Of a DNA stretch of 43,117 bases, positions 19,056 through 25,952 are shown in pieces (the first letter of the stretch is position 1; the number at the start of each line of letters is the position of its first letter). Under the pieces are notes generated by a model. That model was not told the DNA's origin and did not search any database. It worked only from the letters and a program-made list of their open reading frames with translations. Made by a program: the position numbers and the translations under genes. Source of the stretch: Filifactoraceae bacterium. Lineage in GTDB: Bacteria > Bacillota > Clostridia > Peptostreptococcales > Filifactoraceae. Location of the stretch: positions 1-43,117 of the forward strand of contig JBHBDS010000036.1 of NCBI GenBank assembly GCA_041784625.1, in the 5' to 3' direction.

Positions 19056-19486
19056 AGAATATCATCAAACTGAGCATTCTTTTTATGTCGCTGCTCTTAG
19101 TGTTTTTCACAATCCCGTCAATCAATAAAATTCAGCGATACAAAAATTCACTGCCGAAGCTGGCGATTAATGCAAAAGGGGAGATGCCCAAAATTGACAG
19201 CTACATTCTCAGTCAGCAAATTGAAAATCTGATTGAGAAATCGGATGTGCAAAAGAAAAAATATTCTTCGCAATTTCAGGATAGTGAGATGCTCGATATC
19301 TGTGTCTATGAGATGGAGCTGAAAGGAAAATGGGACAATCTTTCGAAACTATTTGATGAAATCATCCGAATTGAAGGAGCAAAACTGCGTCTTGTCGAGT
19401 GGACAAAAGACGATAATAGCGCTCACAATGTCTCGGGCTCCGATGGAATATTGCGCTTGCAGATTCTTTTTGCTGGAGGGAAATAG
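19052..19486 (+). CDS. PilO-like bitopic pilus assembly protein (architecture only)
   Basis: N-terminal TM segment (LSILFMSLLLVFFTI). The C-terminal pattern ICVYEMELKGKWDNLSKLFDEIIRIEGAKLRLVEW...GILRLQILF resembles the PilO ferredoxin-like domain. ATGA overlaps the upstream gene. Confidence 0.5.
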   Translation: MKNIIKLSILFMSLLLVFFTIPSINKIQRYKNSLPKLAINAKGEMPKIDSYILSQQIENLIEKSDVQKKKYSSQFQDSEMLDICVYEMELKGKWDNLSKLFDEIIRIEGAKLRLVEWTKDDNSAHNVSGSDGILRLQILFAGGK

Positions 19487-19487
19487 G

Positions 19488-19832
19488 ATGAAACAAGTTC
19501 AGAGTGGATTTGCTTTTGTGGATGTCATTATTTCGATTGCTATCGTGTCAATGATGGCACTCCTAATTGCAATTTCGAGCAATTCATATCATAAAAATCT
19601 GGTTACTCTTCGCTCTCTCGACCAAGTCGAAACCATCGTACAAAATGAGTTAATGCTGCTCTCAGAGACCAAACACAACGAGAATAAACACTACGATCAG
19701 ATTAATGTAACTTATCAAGTGCTGGAGGAAATTCGAGTTGGAGAAGCAAATATTCTTCGATTGAGAATGCTTGTGGAGGATTTGGAAAATGACACAAAAA
19801 AAGAATGCGAAGTTCTCTGTCAAGTCTCGTAA
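19488..19832 (+). CDS. Prepilin-type N-terminal cleavage/methylation protein (minor pseudopilin, Asp at +5)
   Basis: MKQVQSG|FAFVDVIISIAIVSMMALLIAI is a class III signal with Gly-1/Phe+1 followed by a hydrophobic helix. ATG 19488 lies 7 nt after GGAGGG. The ORF-track entry 19353..19832 is an upstream extension in the same frame. Confidence 0.7.
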   Translation: MKQVQSGFAFVDVIISIAIVSMMALLIAISSNSYHKNLVTLRSLDQVETIVQNELMLLSETKHNENKHYDQINVTYQVLEEIRVGEANILRLRMLVEDLENDTKKECEVLCQVS

Positions 19833-20802
19833 TGGATTTAGCACGATTCAGACCATCTTGATATTATCCGTGCTGATCACATTGATTGGTTCGACAGCGA
19901 GAATTTTTTCTATTAACATCAAGAATGCCAAGGCGGTGCAGAACAAATCGGAAATTAGTATTGCGATGCATAATGTGAATGTAATCGTCGATGCGGCAGT
20001 AGAGAGCGAAATCCACAGAATATTCGACCAAGCTAAGGCAAAAGCGGAAAAGGAGAGCGCGCAGAAAATAAAATCGGAAAATTCTTTGGGAGGAACTTCT
20101 TCGAACGAGCAAGAAAAATCTGCCGCAAGTGAAAATAGTGCATCGACAATTGTCAATCACAACACGGTGGACAACTTCAGCGATAATAAAGATGCAGCAA
20201 CTACCGAAAAAAGTACTGAGTCTAGCAACGAAGAATTAGAAGATAAAACCAGCGATTCGAAAAAAGATATTGCAAAAATTGCGAATGAAGATTCTAACAA
20301 CCAAGCGAAATCTGAAGTAATTGGTGAACCAGAAAAAGAGAAAAAGCGGAAGGCATTTATTGATCATATTATCGATGAGCTGAGGGTTAATCATTCCGCA
20401 GCAATCAAAAAAATCGACTACAACATTCAATCGATAATTGCAGAACAGGAAAATTTATTACGTGATCTTGGTATCAAAGTAGCGGTAAAACGATCCACTG
20501 GTACTGCTAAAATTCAGTTTGCACAACTCAAGAGACCCGATGGGAAATTACCAAGCATGGACGATGTATACCATTTGAAATTTTCCGATCTAACAGACAT
20601 TGCCCTTATTGAAAAAAGCAAAGTGCGTAGCTCTCGTGATCTGATGCTGCAAGTACCAATTCAAATCATTATCGAAGACAAAACTTTTTACATCACAAGA
20701 AATTACTATTTGGATTTTGATGAGGCGATATTAAAAGATGAAAATTTTGATTCCAAAATCCATCTGATTGTCGGAGAGACCAATTATGCGAGACTCAAAT
20801 AA
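19789..20802 (+). CDS. Large prepilin-like protein (PilK/GspK/ComGG-like, Gln at +5) with acidic low-complexity insert
   Basis: MTQKKNAKFSVKSRNG|FSTIQTILILSVLITLIG has a Gly-Phe junction and a hydrophobic helix but no Glu at +5. ATG 19789 follows GGAGGA and overlaps the previous gene by 44 nt. The start is uncertain (track: 19771). Confidence 0.55.
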   Translation: MTQKKNAKFSVKSRNGFSTIQTILILSVLITLIGSTARIFSINIKNAKAVQNKSEISIAMHNVNVIVDAAVESEIHRIFDQAKAKAEKESAQKIKSENSLGGTSSNEQEKSAASENSASTIVNHNTVDNFSDNKDAATTEKSTESSNEELEDKTSDSKKDIAKIANEDSNNQAKSEVIGEPEKEKKRKAFIDHIIDELRVNHSAAIKKIDYNIQSIIAEQENLLRDLGIKVAVKRSTGTAKIQFAQLKRPDGKLPSMDDVYHLKFSDLTDIALIEKSKVRSSRDLMLQVPIQIIIEDKTFYITRNYYLDFDEAILKDENFDSKIHLIVGETNYARLK

Positions 20803-21331
20803 GAAACGAATATCTGCACAAAAAGGATTTACGCTGATCGAGCTCATCCTCGTTATCACGATCTTGTTATCTTTTGCATTTTTTGCGCTGCTAAAGGTGA
20901 GTCACCGGCCGATTGTTTTAGAGAACACGGCGAATGAACTGGTATCCGCATTGCGATATGCCAGAGCTTGCTATGAGGCGGGCGACAGTAATGTCAAATT
21001 TTCGATAGAGCTTGTCGATGGGCAAAATCATATTCGGATTCGAGAACGAGTCACAGAACATTTGAACGCCGAAATCACGGTGGACATTCCGATCGATCCG
21101 TCCATACGAATCATGAGCAAGAATATTCACGCTGAAACAACAAAGGATGAGAATGAAAAATCGCTTGATGGGTATTCGCAGCTTTTCACCAATAGCATTG
21201 AAATCACCTACTCAGGAAAAACAACCACTGGAAAAACTTTCGTTCTAATGAGCGACAAAGAAAAATATTACTACAAAATCACCATCGTTCCAACGACATC
21301 GAGAGTGCATTTATATAAACTCGAAAAATAA
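20786..21331 (+). CDS. Prepilin-type protein, GspH/FimT/ComGD-like minor pseudopilin
   Basis: MRDSNKKRISAQKG|FTLIELILVITILL is a canonical prepilin motif with Glu+5. It is followed by LENTANELVSALRYARACY, which resembles GspH/FimT. ATG 20786 is preferred (track: 20768). Confidence 0.75.
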   Translation: MRDSNKKRISAQKGFTLIELILVITILLSFAFFALLKVSHRPIVLENTANELVSALRYARACYEAGDSNVKFSIELVDGQNHIRIRERVTEHLNAEITVDIPIDPSIRIMSKNIHAETTKDENEKSLDGYSQLFTNSIEITYSGKTTTGKTFVLMSDKEKYYYKITIVPTTSRVHLYKLEK

Positions 21332-21457
21332 TTTTTTGCTCTTTACGCAATCGATTATTTATGCTATTATTACTAAGTATGAAATTTTCCTGTCGCTAGG
21401 ATTCTCGACACTCCGACGAAAGTCTTGGGGCCAGGGCATTGAAAATTAGGAGGAACT

Positions 21458-21721
21458 ATGACAAAGCAACAAAAAGAGCAAATCATCAAAGATTATGCTG
21501 TACACGAAGGAGACACTGGGTCTGCTGAAGTGCAAATCGCACTACTAACTTTTAGAATCAACGAACTGAACGAGCATCTTAAAACGCACAAAAAAGACCA
21601 CCACTCAAGAAGAGGTCTATTTAAGATGGTTGGAACAAGAAGAAATCTTCAAAGATATTTGAAAGAAAAAGATCTTGATAGATACCATGCACTTATTCAA
21701 AGACTTGGACTTAGAAAGTAA
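21458..21721 (+). CDS. rpsO: 30S ribosomal protein S15
   Basis: An 87-aa protein carrying [37 protein letters not shown], the S15 signature. The RBS is AGGAGG. Confidence 0.95.
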   Translation: MTKQQKEQIIKDYAVHEGDTGSAEVQIALLTFRINELNEHLKTHKKDHHSRRGLFKMVGTRRNLQRYLKEKDLDRYHALIQRLGLRK

Positions 21722-21731
21722 GACAATCAAG

Positions 21732-21755
21732 AGAGCGGAGCGTTCCGCTCTTTTT
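21732..21755 (+). terminator. rpsO terminator/attenuator hairpin ahead of pnp
   Basis: An 8-bp stem AGAGCGGA/TCCGCTCT with loop GCGT and then TTTT. It sits in the 55-nt rpsO-pnp spacer. Confidence 0.7.
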
Positions 21756-21776
21756 GTGTAAATATTGGAGGTATTG

Positions 21777-23900
21777 ATGATACAAAAATTTGAAATGCAA
21801 CTAGGCAACAACACGCTAGAAGTTGAAATCGGAAAAGTTGCGGAACTTGCAAATGGAGCGTGTTTGGTACGCTGCAAGGACACGATGGTCCTTGTTACAG
21901 CAACCAATTCAAAAGAGCCAAGAGAAGGAATTGATTTTTTTCCGCTGAGCGTAGATTTTGAAGAAAGACTTTATTCAGTTGGAAAAATTCCAGGCGGCTT
22001 TATCAAAAGAGAGGGAAGACCTTCCGAAAAGGCGATTCTTACATCCCGCTTGATTGACCGTCCAATCCGCCCGCTATTTCCAAAAGGATATCGCAACGAT
22101 GTTCAAGTGGTTGCGACCGTGCTATCCGTTGATCCAGAAGTGAATCCAGATACAATCGCAATGATCGGATCGTCGGTGGCGCTATCGATTTCTTCGATTC
22201 CATTCAATGGACCAACAGGATCCGTATCCGTTGGACTAATTGACGGAGAATATATTCTAAACCCAGACCTTGCGCAAAGAGCGGCATCGGATATGTATCT
22301 CGTTGTTTCGGGAACCAAAGATGCTATCATGATGGTAGAGGCAGGGGCAAACGAAGTCTCCGAAGATGTAATGCTCGGCGCAATTCTATTTGCTCATGAG
22401 CAAATCAAAAAAATCGTCGCTTTTGTTGAAACAATTCAAGCTGCGGTTGGAAAAGAAAAAGCAGAATATAAGGTGTTTGCTGTTTCTGAAGAAATCGAGC
22501 AAGCAGTAACAGAATATGCAAAAGATAAGATGAAATCCGCAATCCTTACCAAGGACAAAACGGAGCGAATCGAAAATATGGATAAAGTAAAAGCAGAGAC
22601 GATGGAATATTTTGCAGAAATTTATCCAGAGCAAATGAAGGAAGTAGACGAAGTAATCTACAAGCTGACAAAAAATGGTGTGCGAGAGCTCATTCTTGTT
22701 GACCGCATTCGACCAGACAATCGAAAAATGGAAGAAATTCGTCCAATCTGGACAGAAGTTGGTACGCTTCCAAGAACGCATGGTAGCGGGATTTTCACAA
22801 GAGGACAAACGCAGGTTCTTTCTGTAACGACACTCAGCTCACTCGGCGATGCACAAACCATCGATGGACTCGGCGAAGAAGTCGAAAAACGTTACATGCA
22901 CCATTACAACTTCCCAGCGTACTCCGTTGGTGAAGCGAGACCATCTCGAGGACCAGGAAGACGTGAAATTGGTCACGGTGCGCTTGCAGAAAGAGCACTC
23001 GAGCCAATGATTCCAAGCAAAGAAGAATTCCCATACGCAATTCGTGTCGTATCGGAAGTTGTTTCATCCAACGGCTCCACATCGCAAGCATCCGTATGCG
23101 GAAGTACCTTGTCACTTCTTGACGCAGGAGTTCCACTCAAAGATATGGTCGCAGGAATTGCTATGGGACTCATCAAAGAAGAAGACAAAGTAGCAATCCT
23201 ATCCGACATTCAAGGAATGGAAGACTTCCTCGGCGATATGGACTTCAAAGTTGCTGGAACAAAAAATGGTATCACAGCAATCCAAATGGACATCAAAATT
23301 TCTGGAATCGACGAAGCAATCCTACGCCAGGCACTCGCACAAGCAAAAGAAGGACGTTTCCATATTTTGGCAGAGATGCAAAAAACAATCTCTGAGCCAA
23401 GACCAGAAATTTCGCAATATGCACCAGCGGTAATCACAATGCAAATCCACCCAGACAAAATCCGAGACGTAATTGGAACTGGCGGAAAAGTCATCAACAA
23501 AATCATCGAAGAAACAGGCGTCAAAATCGACATCGAACAAGATGGAACGGTATTCATTCTTGCGGTACAGCGAGACATGGGTAAAAAAGCGAAAGAAATT
23601 ATCGAAGGAATTGTCGAAGAGCCAGAAGTTGGGAAAACCTATAGCGCAAAAGTTACACGTATGATGGCATTCGGCGCATTTGTCGAAATTCTTCCAGGCA
23701 AAGAAGGATTGCTCCACGTTTCGCAATACGATCACAAACGCATCGAAAAAATCGACGACGTGCTCAAAGTAGGCGACGAAGTTCAAGTAAAATTGACTGA
23801 AATCGATGGACAAGGCAGACTGAACCTTTCGAGAAAAGCCTTGCTGCCAAAACCAGAGAGAACGGATCGCCCAGAGCGCAAAGAAAACAAACCAGAATAA
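21777..23900 (+). CDS. pnp: Polyribonucleotide nucleotidyltransferase (PNPase)
   Basis: Two RNase PH domains, a KH domain ([15 protein letters not shown]) and an S1 domain ([31 protein letters not shown]). ATG 21777 lies 5 nt after GGAGG (track: TTG 21765). Confidence 0.95.
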   Translation: MIQKFEMQLGNNTLEVEIGKVAELANGACLVRCKDTMVLVTATNSKEPREGIDFFPLSVDFEERLYSVGKIPGGFIKREGRPSEKAILTSRLIDRPIRPLFPKGYRNDVQVVATVLSVDPEVNPDTIAMIGSSVALSISSIPFNGPTGSVSVGLIDGEYILNPDLAQRAASDMYLVVSGTKDAIMMVEAGANEVSEDVMLGAILFAHEQIKKIVAFVETIQAAVGKEKAEYKVFAVSEEIEQAVTEYAKDKMKSAILTKDKTERIENMDKVKAETMEYFAEIYPEQMKEVDEVIYKLTKNGVRELILVDRIRPDNRKMEEIRPIWTEVGTLPRTHGSGIFTRGQTQVLSVTTLSSLGDAQTIDGLGEEVEKRYMHHYNFPAYSVGEARPSRGPGRREIGHGALAERALEPMIPSKEEFPYAIRVVSEVVSSNGSTSQASVCGSTLSLLDAGVPLKDMVAGIAMGLIKEEDKVAILSDIQGMEDFLGDMDFKVAGTKNGITAIQMDIKISGIDEAILRQALAQAKEGRFHILAEMQKTISEPRPEISQYAPAVITMQIHPDKIRDVIGTGGKVINKIIEETGVKIDIEQDGTVFILAVQRDMGKKAKEIIEGIVEEPEVGKTYSAKVTRMMAFGAFVEILPGKEGLLHVSQYDHKRIEKIDDVLKVGDEVQVKLTEIDGQGRLNLSRKALLPKPERTDRPERKENKPE

Positions 23901-23947
23901 ATGTCTCGAATGATAAATAAGTAAGAATCAATAGGCGACAAATGCTA

Positions 23948-23981
23948 AGCGACCATAGAATGCTTATTTCTACTGGTCGCT
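23948..23981 (+). terminator. Weak hairpin downstream of pnp
   Basis: An 8-bp stem AGCGACCA/TGGTCGCT with an 18-nt loop and no clear T-tract. It is only a possible terminator. Confidence 0.25.
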
Positions 23982-24027
23982 ATATTGTATTCTGAACGAA
24001 ATAAATGCGTGGAATAGGGGGGACGAT

Positions 24028-25011
24028 ATGGAATGGCTTAGAGAGTCTGAATATCTTTTGAATATACCAAAAACAAAAAGAGGCTGGGCAACGCTGGAGC
24101 GCATTTGTGAGGCAGCGGAGCGTGAATTTTCGGAAAAAGGATTTAGTAATACGTCGGTCGTAGATATCACAAAGAGCGCAGATGTTGGTGCAGGAACTTT
24201 CTATCTGTATTTTGACAGCAAATTGGATATATATAAATACCTGTTAAAATCATACCACCACGATATCCGAAAAAATATTCGTGAACATGTCAAGGATTTG
24301 CCAACGCGCGAAGAGCAGGAGCGGGCAGGGTTGCGCTACTGGTTTGACTACGTTGACAAGAATCGATTTGTATTCAACATCGCATGGGAGTCCTTCTTCA
24401 TCGACAAAGCAATTTTTGATGAATACTACTCAACTTTTGGGGAGTCCTACGCACGCAATCTTGAAGTTGCTCAGGAAAACGGCGAAGTGCTAGACATGGA
24501 TTTGGAGGTACTGAGCTTTATCTTAATGGCGATTACCAACTTCCTGGCGGTTCACTGGGTTGTATTTAAGAAAAAGAACCACTATGATTTTATTACTGAC
24601 GAAACGATGAAGCTCCTTCGACATGGGATGTTCACAAGTTATGGGCTCGTTGAGGAAGATGCAGACCAAAGTGAAAAACATCATAACCTAACTACGAAGG
24701 CTATAGAATCTACAACGAAAAAATCTGCGCCATCAAAGGAATCGTCTGTGAAAAAGCTGAAGACTGCAACAAAGACATCAGAGCAAATAAAGAAAGAAAA
24801 AGCTTCAAACATAACGACAAAAAAATCGACCCCAAAAGGAGAAAAGGTCGTTCCAGCTCAAAAATCAAAACCTTCTACAAGTTCAACAAAATCAACGAAA
24901 GAGACTAATTCGACAAAATCACCAGAGAAGCCAGCAACGAAAAAGGCTTCCTCGGTGTCGGGCAAAAATATTAAGTCAGCACCAAGGAAAAAACTATCCC
25001 TAAAAAAATAA
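24028..25011 (+). CDS. TetR/AcrR-family transcriptional regulator with ~120-aa Lys/Ser/Thr/Pro-rich C-terminal tail
   Basis: The N-terminal HTH is ERICEAAEREFSEKGFSNTSVVDITKSADVGAGTFYLYFDSK, followed by a ~200-aa TetR core. Residues ~209-327 are low-complexity and basic (TTKKSAPSKESSVKKLK...KSTKETNSTKSPEKPATKK...). Confidence 0.85.
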   Translation: MEWLRESEYLLNIPKTKRGWATLERICEAAEREFSEKGFSNTSVVDITKSADVGAGTFYLYFDSKLDIYKYLLKSYHHDIRKNIREHVKDLPTREEQERAGLRYWFDYVDKNRFVFNIAWESFFIDKAIFDEYYSTFGESYARNLEVAQENGEVLDMDLEVLSFILMAITNFLAVHWVVFKKKNHYDFITDETMKLLRHGMFTSYGLVEEDADQSEKHHNLTTKAIESTTKKSAPSKESSVKKLKTATKTSEQIKKEKASNITTKKSTPKGEKVVPAQKSKPSTSSTKSTKETNSTKSPEKPATKKASSVSGKNIKSAPRKKLSLKK

Positions 25012-25028
25012 AGATTGCATAAAATACC

Positions 25029-25063
25029 AAAAATCCCACAGCTTTAGAACGCGTGGGATTTTT
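25029..25063. terminator. Bidirectional terminator between the convergent TetR and flavoprotein genes
   Basis: An 11-bp stem AAAAATCCCAC/GTGGGATTTTT with a 13-nt loop. It is flanked by an A-run on one side and a T-run on the other. Confidence 0.75.
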
Positions 25064-25124
25064 GGTTTGTACACAGGGACAAAAATTTTTACAATGAATT
25101 TATGGAGTGTTTATGGAAACATGA

Positions 25125-25742
25125 TTATTTTCTAAGCTGAGCGAGGAGATTCGCAATACGTAATCCAAGGTTTTCCATGATGTTTACGCCCTCTGGATCT
25201 TCATCGATGCCGATTGAACCACCTTTGCCAGCAATCGCCATATTCCAATATGTATTTCCGACGATAAGACAATCATTTGCACTTGCCCAAAGCAATAGCT
25301 CAGCAATTGCAAAATTTTGTCCTGCTCGGCGTGCAACCGTAATTGGAGCAACCACTTTTCCGCTGAGTGGAGATGTGCCCCAAGAGTAGGACTCGCTTTT
25401 ACTTTTCATTTCTGCTTGTTGCCAGCGAGAAGAAAATCCTGCACGGTCCAAAACGGATTTGAGATAAGGTGTAATGCAAGAATGATATACAGGAGAGGCA
25501 AGGATTATAGCATCTGCTCCAATGATTTTCGCATAGACCTCGTGAAAATCATCGTTAATGACGCATCGCTTTGCTTCGATACAGCCGTAACAGCCTGTGC
25601 AGGGAGAAATTGTTTTTTCGGCAAGAGAAATCACTTCCTTTTCAAAGTCGCCGTTTTTTTGTGCGCTGTCCAAAACCTTTTCAATCAACAGCGTTGTATT
25701 GCCCTTAAGCCGTGGGCTTCCATTTAGTGCAAGAATTTTCAT
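25125..25742 (-). CDS. Iron-sulfur flavoprotein-like / NADPH-dependent FMN reductase-fold protein
   Basis: MKILALNGSPRLKGNTT is a flavodoxin-like FMN reductase N-terminus. A compact cysteine motif CTGCYGCIEAKRC (CX2CX2CX5C) is present. ATG 25742 is preceded by GGAGG. The ORF-track entry extends to 25904 through implausible AT-rich sequence. Confidence 0.75.
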   Translation of the reverse strand: MKILALNGSPRLKGNTTLLIEKVLDSAQKNGDFEKEVISLAEKTISPCTGCYGCIEAKRCVINDDFHEVYAKIIGADAIILASPVYHSCITPYLKSVLDRAGFSSRWQQAEMKSKSESYSWGTSPLSGKVVAPITVARRAGQNFAIAELLLWASANDCLIVGNTYWNMAIAGKGGSIGIDEDPEGVNIMENLGLRIANLLAQLRK

Positions 25743-25853
25743 AGGAGCCTCCAAACAAAACATGAAAATCGGTTCATATTTTGGATTATACAGGAAGAAT
25801 TTTGAAAAGAAAAGAGTTTTTTGAAATTTTCGCATAAAAATTAGAAAAAAGTA

Positions 25854-25882
25854 TTGACCTGAATCATATTTCATATTATATT
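25854..25882 (+). promoter_or_regulatory. Candidate sigma-A promoter of the acyl-CoA synthetase cassette (TTGACC-17-TATATT)
   Basis: TTGACC lies at 25854-25859 and TATATT at 25877-25882, about 70 nt upstream of ATG 25953. Confidence 0.55.
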
Positions 25883-25910
25883 CTAGATATGAAGAGTAAT
25901 TCATATTATA
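25870..25910 (+). promoter_or_regulatory. Two 11-bp direct repeats TTCATATTATA spaced exactly 30 bp (candidate operator pair)
   Basis: Copies lie at 25870-25880 (overlapping the -10) and 25900-25910 (early transcribed region). A partial third copy, TCATATT, lies at 25864-25870. Confidence 0.4.
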
Positions 25911-25952
25911 CGTGCGGCAGAAAACGTTTTTTAAAGTCGAAAGGAGGTTGCT

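Noticed and set aside
19353-19487. Upstream extension of the first pseudopilin ORF (track entry 19353..19832)
   Set aside because: The extension overlaps the PilO-like gene in another frame and has no RBS. The prepilin leader MKQVQSG|F with GGAGGG 7 nt upstream of ATG 19488 is the sensible start.
21332-21457. rpsO leader as a possible S15 autoregulatory structure
   Set aside because: S15 leaders are known to be autoregulatory in several bacteria, but I could not derive a convincing pseudoknot or three-way junction by eye from this 126-nt region. It is left unannotated.
25743-25904. N-terminal 54-codon extension of the minus-strand flavoprotein ORF (track 25125..25904)
   Set aside because: The extension (MNYSSYLEYNMKYDSGQYFFLIFMRKF...) runs through AT-rich promoter DNA of the divergent operon. 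Flavodoxin-like reductases start at MKILALNGSPR, which has a GGAGG RBS.
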